This document shows positions 29,259 to 38,346 of a stretch of 64,000 bases of DNA, piece after piece. Numbering within the stretch: position 1 is the stretch's first letter; each line of letters starts with the position of its first letter. Source of the stretch: Alphaproteobacteria bacterium (GTDB lineage: Bacteria; Pseudomonadota; Alphaproteobacteria; SHVV01). Position numbers and translations under genes: made by a program. The notes below the pieces were generated by a model that searched no databases, was not told where the DNA came from, and was given only the letters and a program-made list of their open reading frames with translations. Location: positions 448,001 to 512,000 of the forward strand of contig OZ253470.1 of the NCBI GenBank assembly GCA_965261735.1, in the 5' to 3' direction.

Positions 29259-29789
29259 ATGAAACGCTCGACCATCATCACAGTGGCCCTGCTCGGGGTG
29301 GGCGCACTGGCCCTGACCCTCAGCCTCTTCGGCGAATCGAAAGAAGAAGTCCTCACCTACGAATCGGTGGAGGCGTGCATCGCCGCCGGGGTTCAGGACG
29401 AATCGATATGCCGCGCCGAATTCGACAAGGCCACGGCGTTGCACGAGGAGGTCGCCCCGCGTTACCAAGCATCCTCAGCGTGCTACGCCGAATTCGGCTA
29501 CGACCGGTGTTATCGACGGCGAACCTCCACCGGTTCGCTCTGGTTGCCGTTCATGGTCGGCTACATGCTGGCGCCGCGCGGTCGCTCGGCGTTGATTTAT
29601 TCGCAGCCGCTCTACCGCCCCAGCAACGCCCCCAACCAGTTCCACACCAGCCGCGGCGTCAACGTTGGAAACGTGTCCGCCACCGGCCGCGCGCAGGTTG
29701 CCAAGTCCCAGCTCAGCCAGCCTCAAGCGCGCACCCGCACGGTCGCGCGCGGTGGTTTCGGCGCCCGGTCGAGGAGTTCAGCAAGCTAG
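29259..29789 (+). CDS. DUF1190-family protein (YjfM/YgiB-like)
   Basis: AAGGAG RBS; APRY....C.AEFG...C, WLPFMVGYM, QPLY, TVARGGFG. Confidence 0.88.
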   Translation: MKRSTIITVALLGVGALALTLSLFGESKEEVLTYESVEACIAAGVQDESICRAEFDKATALHEEVAPRYQASSACYAEFGYDRCYRRRTSTGSLWLPFMVGYMLAPRGRSALIYSQPLYRPSNAPNQFHTSRGVNVGNVSATGRAQVAKSQLSQPQARTRTVARGGFGARSRSSAS

Positions 29790-29794
29790 TTGAT

Positions 29795-30170
29795 GTGCTT
29801 GGCCCGGTGGAGGCCTCGCTCGCGGTCGTCTCGTGGTGCTCGGCGTGGGCGCCTTCGGCCACCGCCCGCGCGCGATCGCCCGTCGCGCGAACGCGGTGTG
29901 CCAGTCCGCGCTGCTGCCCGCGCGGATGTCGGTGGCCACCTCCAGCAGTTCGTTGACGTCGGCGCCCCCCTAACAGCATCACCAGAACGGTCGAGAAGTC
30001 GAAGGCCTCCTGCGTGCCGTCATTCCAATAGTGAAACGTCGCGGGTTCCTTCTGCGCGGCCGCTTCTGCGCCGGCCATTTGACACCGCGCCCGCGCCCGC
30101 GACTGGGACGAGCAGGCGGCGCGGTCTGACGACCGGCGACGCGCGCTCGGCTTGTGCAAGGCGCTCCGCC
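29795..30170 (-). pseudogene. Degraded alpha/beta-hydrolase N-terminal fragment, copy 1
   Basis: GADVNELLEVATDIRAGSSADWHTAF then frameshift to GDRARAVAEGAHAEHHETTASEA; homologous to 34062-34247. Confidence 0.55.
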
Positions 30171-30179
30171 CAGCGTTCC

Positions 30180-31565
30180 TCACTTGTTGTCCGCGCGGGC
30201 ACAAACGACGATTCGCCGAGCCACCTCCACATTCATCACCAGGGCAACGACACCCAGGGCGAACAGGGGCTGATTCAACACCGCGCCGAGGAAGATGACG
30301 AACACCCGCACGTCCCGGCCCAGCCGAAAGTATGAGGCGCCTTGCAGTCTTTGCGCCATCAACCCGTCATACTTGTCCGCCGTATAGCTGTTAAGGAACG
30401 ACCCCACAATCGCCGCGAACCCCAGCACGACGGATAGGCTCGTGCCGGTCGCGGCAAATTCGTGCCACATCAGGCCGAACAAGAGAACGGCATCGGCATG
30501 GCGGTCGAGGACCGCGTCGAACCAACCGCCAAACTCGCTCTGCGAATGCTTCAGCCGGGCGATCTCGCCATCGCAACCGTCGACGACCGAGGCCAGTTGA
30601 GCCAACGCGCCACCGGCGGCCAGAGCAGGATAGCCGCTCACAGCCATCAATCCGGCGGCACCGCACGACAGCATCCATGAGATCAGAGAGATTTGGTTGG
30701 GCGTCACCGTTGTGCGCACCAGATAACGGCTCAACCACCGGGAAGCCGGCCGGTTGAGGTGGCGCGACACCGGCCCGTCCCGGGCCTTGCGGCCCTGGTC
30801 GCGCATCAGACGTCGTTCGGCTTCACGCAAGGCCTCGGGCGTGTCCACGTCGAGCCATGACATTCCCGTCACATCGACGGTTCTCGCCCGGCCTTCGCCC
30901 GCCAGCTCCCTGAGCCCGTCGGAAAGCCCATGCTTGTTGCTTGCCGCCGCGCGCTCGAGTCCCTCGAACAGGCCGGGCGTGCAAAGCATGACCCCGGTAT
31001 CGGCAGCGTCCCAAAAGCCAAGATTTTTCTCGATCGCCTGAATGCGTCCGTCGTCGATAGTGACCCGAGTGACATCGTCGAGATCGAAAATGGCATCCTT
31101 GTCGCGGTCCACGGCGAGGCGCATTTCCCCTAATGCGGGTGGATCGTCGGCCAGAGCCCGCGCGATCCCGGGATCGAAAAGATGATCGATCATGACCAGG
31201 AAGAAGGGCGCCTCGCCGGTGCGACCTTTGGCCGCCAGGGCACTGGCTCCGTTGCCACGCTCCCAGTCCCCGGCTTCGATGAAGTCAATCGTGACGGCGC
31301 GCCGCCGGGCGATGTCGAAAAAATGCCCCCTGACCATTTCGGCCTCATGACCGAGGGTGACGAGGAACCGCCGGATGCCGGTGTCCAGCAATGTGCAGAC
31401 GACCCGTTCGGCGAGGGTCAATCCGAGCACCCTGGTCAGGGGTTTCGGTGCCTTGGCTTGCGGCCGAAGTCTCGATCCCCATCCGGCGGCCAGGATCAGC
31501 GCCATCTCGGGTGTCACGCTGGTCAAATCAGTGTTGTTCAGCACCCAAAACGTCCGCGATTTCAT
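30180..31565 (-). CDS. Bifunctional NTP-transferase / CDP-alcohol phosphotransferase (IPCT/DIPPS-like)
   Basis: ILAAGWGSRL..PKPL, WLDVDTPE; TPNQIS and DGCDGEIAR-x8-G-x3-D-x3-D signature. Confidence 0.92.
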   Translation of the reverse strand: MKSRTFWVLNNTDLTSVTPEMALILAAGWGSRLRPQAKAPKPLTRVLGLTLAERVVCTLLDTGIRRFLVTLGHEAEMVRGHFFDIARRRAVTIDFIEAGDWERGNGASALAAKGRTGEAPFFLVMIDHLFDPGIARALADDPPALGEMRLAVDRDKDAIFDLDDVTRVTIDDGRIQAIEKNLGFWDAADTGVMLCTPGLFEGLERAAASNKHGLSDGLRELAGEGRARTVDVTGMSWLDVDTPEALREAERRLMRDQGRKARDGPVSRHLNRPASRWLSRYLVRTTVTPNQISLISWMLSCGAAGLMAVSGYPALAAGGALAQLASVVDGCDGEIARLKHSQSEFGGWFDAVLDRHADAVLLFGLMWHEFAATGTSLSVVLGFAAIVGSFLNSYTADKYDGLMAQRLQGASYFRLGRDVRVFVIFLGAVLNQPLFALGVVALVMNVEVARRIVVCARADNK

Positions 31566-32340
31566 TGCACAGCTCCCGGCTCGAGGCCGCGACCAGGCTG
31601 ACGCGGTCGGTCAAGCCTTCCGGCGCCGCCAGGGGCGCGCCATCGGGGCCGACAACCCAGCCCCCCGCCTCGATCACCAACCGTGCGGCGGCGAGGTAGC
31701 TTTCCGCAGTCAGACGGCGACGCGCATCCACATGGGCGTCGGTAGCGCCCGCAGCAACCAAGGAGAGGGCTCGAGACGCGCAACCGTAGCACCGCACTCC
31801 CCTGGCGGCAGCCATCAGGCGGGCGAGGCCCGGCGACGGAGAATGATGATTGAGTTCGACCGAGATCGTGGCCCCGGCGATGTTGCGCAGATTCGAGGTT
31901 TCAAGCCGGTCGCTCCTACGCCAGGCGCCGGAGCCCTTGATGGCGATCAGGGGCGTGTCCTGATCGAGCGGCCCAACCAGGGCCGCTTCTACCCAATCGG
32001 GATGAAGGGGAGCGTCGACCGGCAGCACGGCGCAGGAGAAGGCCGACAACGGCAGTCCCCGCGCCCAGTTGTCCGACCCGTCCACCGGATCGAGGACGAG
32101 ACGGTGTCGAGGCGTGCCGGAACCGATTTTCTGACGCCCGCCCTCTTCGGAATCGACGACGACGGGCCGCTGGAATTCCCTCAAGACGCCTAGGGCCGCG
32201 TCGTTGGCGGCCAAGTCGAACAGCTTGACCTCGTCGCTCTTCGCGTTCTTGGTTCCGGCGCTCGCGCGGCCGGTTTTCGCGACCGCCTTGCGCACCTGCA
32301 CGTGGAGCATGAGCAGCCACGCCACCCAGGGCGAGTCCAT
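31528..32340 (-). CDS. Inositol monophosphatase/FBPase-family phosphatase
   Basis: DSEEG, LDPVDGSDN, GATDAHVD motifs. Confidence 0.85.
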   Translation of the reverse strand: MDSPWVAWLLMLHVQVRKAVAKTGRASAGTKNAKSDEVKLFDLAANDAALGVLREFQRPVVVDSEEGGRQKIGSGTPRHRLVLDPVDGSDNWARGLPLSAFSCAVLPVDAPLHPDWVEAALVGPLDQDTPLIAIKGSGAWRRSDRLETSNLRNIAGATISVELNHHSPSPGLARLMAAARGVRCYGCASRALSLVAAGATDAHVDARRRLTAESYLAAARLVIEAGGWVVGPDGAPLAAPEGLTDRVSLVAASSRELCNEIADVLGAEQH

Positions 32341-32395
32341 AGTCGGAACGGCGTCTCCACCAGCCAGACCATTGCCGGCCGGTCGGCTGACAGAC

Positions 32396-33532
32396 CTACT
32401 CACCGACGCCCGTTTGAGAGGCCTGCTCACCAGCGACTCCTTCGGTATCACTCCCTTGAATAAACGCATCCGTTAATTCACAAGCCAGCGAATCACGCAT
32501 CTGTTTGGGGGGACTCTTCATGTAATAGGCCGAGGCCGACTCCAAAGGACCACCGATGCCGCGCTCCAATCCCAGCTTGGCGCAACGGATGGCATCGATG
32601 ACCACACCCGCGCTGTTAGGTGAATCCTGAACCGACAACCTGAGTTCGAGTTCCAGCGGCACGTCCCCGAAGCCCCGGCCTTCCATCCGGATGAAGGCGA
32701 CCTTGTTGTCATCCTGCCACGGCACGTAATCGGAAGGTCCGATATGGATGTTCCTGGAATCCAGCCGTTCGTCCAGCTGCGACTGCACGGATTCCGTCTT
32801 GGAAACCTTCTTGGACTTCAGGCGGTCGACGGCCTTCATGTTGAGAAAGTCCGTGTTGCCACCCGTGTTCAGCTGGTAGGTCCGGTCAAGGTGGACGCCC
32901 CTGTCGCCAAACAGGCGCGTGAGGGCTCGGTGGACGATGGTGGCGCCAATCTGGCTTTTGATGTCGTCCCCGATAATGGGAAGGCCGGCGTCACGGAATT
33001 TCCTGGCCCAGCCGACATGGGAAGCAATAAACACCGGAACACAGTTGACCATGGCCACTCCGGCCGCCAAGCAAGCCCGGGCATAGTGCCGAACCGCCCC
33101 CTCCGAGCCGACCGGCATGTAGCAGACCAGCACTTCGGCGTTGGCGTCCTTGAGGGTTCGGACGACATCGACTGGCTCTTCGTCAGAGGGGCGGAAGGCC
33201 TCGTCATCGGGATAGCCGGCCATGTGAGGCGCCACACCGTCGAGAACCGGCCCCATCTGCACCGCGACGTTGGATACCGGCAGGGCGCTCTGGAAAACCC
33301 TGGCGCAGTTGGGTTTGACGAAAATCGCTTCTTCCAACCGCTTGCCCACCTTGCGGCGGTCGATATCAAAGGCGGCCACGACCTCGATGTCGCTCGGCCC
33401 CCAATCACCGATCCGGGCATGCATGAGGCCGACAAACGCTCTCTCGTTCCGTCCCTTGTAGTATTCCAGTCCCTGGACAAGGGAACTCGCGCAGTTGCCG
33501 ACACCGGCGATAGCCACTCTGATTCGTTTCAT
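32396..33532 (-). CDS. ino1: myo-Inositol-1-phosphate synthase
   Basis: GVGNCASSLVQG, YMPVGS, GDDIKSQ, YQLNTGGNTDF, DSPNSAG; GGGAG RBS. Confidence 0.95.
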   Translation of the reverse strand: MKRIRVAIAGVGNCASSLVQGLEYYKGRNERAFVGLMHARIGDWGPSDIEVVAAFDIDRRKVGKRLEEAIFVKPNCARVFQSALPVSNVAVQMGPVLDGVAPHMAGYPDDEAFRPSDEEPVDVVRTLKDANAEVLVCYMPVGSEGAVRHYARACLAAGVAMVNCVPVFIASHVGWARKFRDAGLPIIGDDIKSQIGATIVHRALTRLFGDRGVHLDRTYQLNTGGNTDFLNMKAVDRLKSKKVSKTESVQSQLDERLDSRNIHIGPSDYVPWQDDNKVAFIRMEGRGFGDVPLELELRLSVQDSPNSAGVVIDAIRCAKLGLERGIGGPLESASAYYMKSPPKQMRDSLACELTDAFIQGSDTEGVAGEQASQTGVGE

Positions 33533-34061
33533 GCAAAACCCTCCCTGATATTGTTGTCCCAAAAACTCAACAGCCTCCCTTCGAGCGGCCGGCACGGATA
33601 CGCAACGGCCTACCCCAGCTCGCGCAACTGCGTAACCGCGGTTTTCTCGAAAACGCAACCGGTATTGCTCAAACGCGGGGTAAACCAGTCTTGAGATTGC
33701 CTTCCCCGACGATTCCTTCAGCGGCCGGAACCCGCAGAGGAGGGCCGACTCGACCTGCGCGCCAAAACATGAGGCCCGCTCGGTCAATGGTGCTCGAAAA
33801 CCGTTGCGACAAGGGGAGTTAAGATGCCCCTAGCGGAAGCAACCTACCCTTTCTTCCGTGAAACGGCAAGAACCCAAGGCAAGCGTCTTGTCCAAAAACC
33901 ACGCGAAGATCCGAGCATTAGCTCTCATGTTCGCGGTCAAGGTCGGCGCGCGCTTCGGGCGCGAAGAAATAGCCGGCGAGCCGGTGGCCCTCATAGGCGA
34001 TGCTTACTGGCTCGTGGGGGTGGCGCGATGCGGTGAGCCCGCGTTCGAAACAGGCGATGGC

Positions 34062-34247
34062 CTAACAATATAGAGAAAGCTTGTGCGCATCCGTTGCCGG
34101 CAGCACGCTCTCGGCCGTGCGGTAGTAGGTGAAGGCGCGGAAAAAGGCGTCGCTCGCGGTCGCTTCGTGGCCCTCGACGTGGGCGCCTTCGGCCACCGCC
34201 CGCGCGGATGTCGGTGGCCCCCGCCAGCAGTTCGTTGAGGTCGGCGC
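34062..34247 (-). pseudogene. Degraded alpha/beta-hydrolase fragment, copy 2
   Basis: ADLNELL...ARAVAEGAHVEGHEATASDAFFRAFTYYRTAE; DNA similar to 29813-29968. Confidence 0.55.
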
Positions 34248-34338
34248 TCTGAGCCGGCTCCGGTCAGCGGGCTTCGCCATTCGTCTGGAATTGACGGTGG
34301 GACGGAAGGCCTATCGGCTCGCACCGGCCGAGGCGTAA
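34246..34338 (+). pseudogene. Probable DUF3489 protein C-terminal remnant
   Basis: LSRLRSAGFAIR...GRKAYRL* ends 3 bp before DUF2924, the usual position of this gene. Confidence 0.5.
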
Positions 34339-34341
34339 GCC

Positions 34342-34899
34342 ATGTCAGTTACGGAAATCCACACTATAGAAAGCCCGACGCACATAGAAAGCCCGACGCG
34401 CGCAGACGGCGCGCCAAGTGACGCGGGCTCCGAAGACGCAGTGTCTGCCAGGCTTCGGGCTCTCGAGGGTATGACCTACGACGGATTGCGCGTCGAATGG
34501 CGGCGGCTTTACCGCGCCCATCCGCCGAAGCGGGTGGCGCGCGATCTGCTCGTGCTTGGTGTCGCCTGGAAGATTCAGGAGCAGGCCTATGGCGGCCTTG
34601 GCGCAGCCACCAAGCGGCGCCTCGCCGATCTGGCGAAGACCATGGAACAGGACGGCGACCTCGCCCGGAGTCGTGTTGCACGGCTGAAACCCGGGGCGAG
34701 GCTGGTGCGTGAATGGCGCGGCCAAACCCACACGGTGATCGTTCTCGAAGACGGGTTCGAATGGCAGGGCAAACGATGGCGATCGCTGTCGGTGATCGCC
34801 CGCGAGATCACCGACGCTCACTGGTCCGGCCCGCGCTTTTTTGGTCTGAACGGGAAAGCGGAGGCAGGCGTCGCGATCGGGGAGGCGGGCGATGCGTAA
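34342..34899 (+). CDS. DUF2924-domain protein
   Basis: WKIQEQAYGGL, LKPGARLVREW, SLSVIAREIT..HWSGPRFFGL. Confidence 0.92.
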   Translation: MSVTEIHTIESPTHIESPTRADGAPSDAGSEDAVSARLRALEGMTYDGLRVEWRRLYRAHPPKRVARDLLVLGVAWKIQEQAYGGLGAATKRRLADLAKTMEQDGDLARSRVARLKPGARLVREWRGQTHTVIVLEDGFEWQGKRWRSLSVIAREITDAHWSGPRFFGLNGKAEAGVAIGEAGDA

Positions 34900-36637
34900 A
34901 TCCACGACTCGCAAGGGGACGAACGGCAAAGCATTAATCCGCTGCGCCATCTACACTCGGAAATCATCGGAGGACGGCCTCGAGCAGGACTTCAACTCGC
35001 TCGATGCCCAGCGGGAATCCTGCGAAGCCTTTATCCTCAGTCAGAAGCATGAGGGCTGGACCGCGCTGCCCGAGATGTACGATGACGGCGGCCTCTCCGG
35101 CGGCACCCTTGAGAGACCCGCCCTGAAACGGATTCTTGCGGATATCGAGGCCCACCGGATCGACACTGTGGTCGTCTACAAGGTGGATCGACTGACACGC
35201 TCGCTCGGTGACTTCGCCAAGATCGTGGAAATCTTCGACAAGCGGAACGTGTCCTTCGTCTCGGTGACCCAGCAGTTTAACACCACGACATCGATGGGGA
35301 GGTTGACCCTCAACATGCTGCTCTCCTTCGCCCAGTTCGAGCGCGAGGTCACCGGCGAACGCATCCGCGACAAGATCGCGGCTTCGAAGAAGAAGGGCAT
35401 GTGGATGGGCGGCAACGTGCCCCTCGGCTATGTGGTGAAGGACCGGAAACTTCTGATCGACGAGGCGGAGGCCAAGACGGTCCGACATATCTACCGGCGA
35501 TACGCCACGCTCGGCTCGGTCTGGACCCTCAAGGAGGAGCTTGACCGCGATGGCGTGGTCAGCAAAGTGCGGGTCGACAGGTACGGGCGTGCGACCGGCG
35601 GAAACCCGCTTGCCCGTGGTGCGCTCTATACGATGCTGCAGAACCGCATCTACCGTGGCCGGATCGTCCACAAGGACAAGCACTATCCGGGCGAGCATGA
35701 GGCGATCGTCGACGAGGCGCTCTGGGACGAGGTGCAGCGGCAACTAGCGGCCAACCAAATCGACCGCGCGACCGGCACTCATGCCGCGGAGCCGAGCCTT
35801 CTAGCGGGGTTGATTTACGACGACAGCGGCCAGCGCATGACGCCGAGCCACGCCAACAAGAAGGGGACGCGCTACCGCTATTACGTGTCGCAAGCCCTGG
35901 TCAGCGGAACCCGGCGTTCCGCGCCGAGAGCTCGACGGGTCCCGGCAGGTGATGTCGAGCGGTTGGTACAAGAACGGCTTACGGTCTTCTTAAAAAGCCA
36001 GGGTGAAATCTTCGACGCTGTCGAACCGCTTTTTGATGATGTGAACAGAAGGCAGGAGGTTGTCGACCTGGCCGCCGACCTTGCCGCCCGCTGGCCGGAC
36101 CTGGAGCCGGCGACGAAACGCCAGATATTCGAACGTCTCGTCAGTCGGATCAACCTTACGCAGGAAACACTTGAAATCCGGATTGCACCGAGCCGGTTGC
36201 TGGAGATTCTTTGGGAAGAGGACAACCCAAAAACCTTTGAGCCAGCTTTGTGGGACAACGAGCTGACCGTAACCTTCACGGTTCCGGCGCATCTCAAGCG
36301 CGCCGGAATGGAGACCAGGCTTCTGATCGAAGGCGCGGACGGCAGCGCACGAAAATCCCCGGATCGCAGTCTGCTCAGACTTTTGAGCCAGGCGCAGCGC
36401 TTCCACGAAATGGTGCTGCACAACCGGGGCAGGACGATGACGGAGCTTGCCATCGAGGCGGGCGTCGGGGGGTCCTACTTCACCCGGATCCTGCGGCTCA
36501 GCTTCCTCGCGCCGGAGGTCGTGAAGACCATCCTCCGGGACCGCCATCCGCTCGAGCTGACCGCCAAAAAGCTTGCAGGCGACACGCGCCTGCCAATCGC
36601 ATGGGAAGAACAGCGCGCCCGGTTCGGGATCGCCTGA
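34892..36637 (+). CDS. Large serine recombinase (resolvase plus recombinase domains)
   Basis: RCAIYTRKS catalytic Ser, VVVYKVDRLTRS, FAQFERE, KGMWMGG, YRYYVS. Confidence 0.95.
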   Translation: MRKSTTRKGTNGKALIRCAIYTRKSSEDGLEQDFNSLDAQRESCEAFILSQKHEGWTALPEMYDDGGLSGGTLERPALKRILADIEAHRIDTVVVYKVDRLTRSLGDFAKIVEIFDKRNVSFVSVTQQFNTTTSMGRLTLNMLLSFAQFEREVTGERIRDKIAASKKKGMWMGGNVPLGYVVKDRKLLIDEAEAKTVRHIYRRYATLGSVWTLKEELDRDGVVSKVRVDRYGRATGGNPLARGALYTMLQNRIYRGRIVHKDKHYPGEHEAIVDEALWDEVQRQLAANQIDRATGTHAAEPSLLAGLIYDDSGQRMTPSHANKKGTRYRYYVSQALVSGTRRSAPRARRVPAGDVERLVQERLTVFLKSQGEIFDAVEPLFDDVNRRQEVVDLAADLAARWPDLEPATKRQIFERLVSRINLTQETLEIRIAPSRLLEILWEEDNPKTFEPALWDNELTVTFTVPAHLKRAGMETRLLIEGADGSARKSPDRSLLRLLSQAQRFHEMVLHNRGRTMTELAIEAGVGGSYFTRILRLSFLAPEVVKTILRDRHPLELTAKKLAGDTRLPIAWEEQRARFGIA

Positions 36638-36937
36638 GCCAGGGTATCGGTTGCTGCCTGACCGCGGCCCCTCGTTGACCAGGCGCGGGGCGGCATGTTT
36701 TCCCGTGTGAATCCGACCCACATTCCGGCCGACGGTGTCTCGCCAACGCCTGTTTAGCCGTACCACCAAAACCAGCGTAAGAGATTATTGCGATATCAGC
36801 TACCCGTTGGCCGGACCTGACCGGTCTCATTAAGCCACGACGGAAAGGCGTATCGGGCGTAAGCCCCGGAAGTTTCGGGACAAGTTCGAATCCACCCCGA
36901 GTCCTGAAAAAAACATTCTATAACAATGACTTAAGTG

Positions 36938-37030
36938 TGGCGGAGGGAGAGGGATTCGAACCCTCGATACAGCTGTTAACCGTATAACGGTTTAGCAAAC
37001 CGCCGCCTTCGACCACTCGGCCATCCCTCC
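36938..37030 (-). tRNA. tRNA-Ser (GCT)
   Basis: GGAGGGA...TCCCTCC-GCCA acceptor, anticodon loop TTGCTAA, long variable arm, GGTTCGAATCC. Confidence 0.97.
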
Positions 37031-37279
37031 ATACGCCCGTAGACTGCGGGTTTCGGCGGGTTTTTGTAAGAGAACAATGGATGAACGGGGAACATTGCCC
37101 GGGATTTCGGCTTGATTCCCCGCTCGGCACCGCCGAGTCGCCAAGTCTCGGCAAGTCCCATGGCTGCCGATTGTGACTGGCGCACGATCTCCACGGTAAA
37201 GGGCACCCGCTTGCTCCCAATTCACGGGTCGGTGTGTCGCCCGTCACTTTGGCCTGCGCAGCGGCTTCCTACATTCAGG

Positions 37280-37343
37280 CTTGCCTATCCGGTTTACACC
37301 CACATCCACTAGGGCTAGAATGGGCGCAAACCGGATAGGCAAG
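37280..37343 (+). mobile_element. 64-bp IS1595-derived miniature element (MITE-like)
   Basis: CTTGCCTATCCGGTTT...AAACCGGATAGGCAAG ends match the IS1595 IRs; interior matches the IS left end; no TSD. Confidence 0.85.
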
Positions 37344-37377
37344 GATTGGAGATCCGACCCTATGTTGGAGGTTAGCC

Positions 37378-37668
37378 ATGATCCGCAAACTGACCATCAT
37401 ACTCGCTTTCCTGACGCTCTCGGCCCCGGCCATGGCCCAGTCCATGTGCAACGAGCGAGGCAGCTTCGTTAAGCACCTGTCCAGCAAGTACGCCGAGGCT
37501 CCCGTCGCCATGGGGCTTTCCGCAGAGGGCAGCGTTCTCGAGGTGTTGGCTTCGCAGGACGGCACGTGGACCATCATCGTCACGCGCCCGAGCGGTGTCT
37601 CCTGCGTGGTCGCCTACGGCGAATCCTGGGAGGCGGTGCCGATCCTGGCGAGCCGGCCCGGCGTATGA
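37378..37668 (+). CDS. Small secreted hypothetical protein
   Basis: GGAGG RBS; signal peptide ending AMA-Q; two Cys; GTWTI..T.P.G.SC...G..W pattern. Confidence 0.75.
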   Translation: MIRKLTIILAFLTLSAPAMAQSMCNERGSFVKHLSSKYAEAPVAMGLSAEGSVLEVLASQDGTWTIIVTRPSGVSCVVAYGESWEAVPILASRPGV

Positions 37669-37914
37669 GGGCACGGATCCAACCACTGCGTTAGCGCAGG
37701 TCCGAGCAAGAACTCGGATCTGCGACAGTGACCGGGCGCCGGCACTAGGTGGCCCGAGGCCTCGGCGGGACCCGACGAACATCCGCTGGCCCGCCTCCTC
37801 CATCCCCTCCCGACACACGCCATCTTCAAGAAGTCGTCGCGCGGTCCGGCGGGTCACCGTGCCTTGATGGTTTAGCCGGTGACCGGCCAACCTGGTGCCC
37901 CACCAGGTGCCGCC

Positions 37915-38256
37915 TCAGGCGGCGTTCTCCAAGGGCGATCCCGCCGACCGCTCGCGGCTCACCGACTCCCACTCGCGGGCCAGCCGCTGCGCCTCGCCGA
38001 TCTCCTCGCGGGTCATGTCGAGCGCGATCTCGGCGCGACTTGCGCGCGCCTTGGCGCAGCCTTGTAGGGCCGCCAGGTTGAACCACTTGTGAGCGAGCAC
38101 GTAGTCCGGGTGCCCCTTGACCCCGGTGGCGTAGACCAGCCCGAGCCGGTACTGGGCGTCGGCCGCTCCTTGCTCGGCAGCCTGCTCATAGCGCCGGAGC
38201 GTACTGCCGTCCGACGAGCGACCCAGTTGCGACATCTGAGGACCGCGGGTGACCAT
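37915..38256 (-). CDS. Small Sel1-like repeat protein
   Basis: AAEQGAADAQYRLGLVY, YVLAHKWFNLAA; start uncertain. Confidence 0.8.
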   Translation of the reverse strand: MVTRGPQMSQLGRSSDGSTLRRYEQAAEQGAADAQYRLGLVYATGVKGHPDYVLAHKWFNLAALQGCAKARASRAEIALDMTREEIGEAQRLAREWESVSRERSAGSPLENAA

Positions 38257-38346
38257 TCTGGCCTCTCTCGCCTCGAAGAGCTGCGCCAGCACAGTCTGTG
38301 GTGTTCACCTTAAGAATCGGTGTAGGCAGCGCTGCCGCGAGGGCGG

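Noticed and set aside
34366-34401. 18-bp tandem duplication at the start of DUF2924 (IESPT twice)
   Set aside because: In frame, two copies only, in a likely disordered N-terminus; no evidence of function
38303-38325. CtrA-like site upstream of the Sel1 gene
   Set aside because: Only one good TTAA half-site; too weak to call
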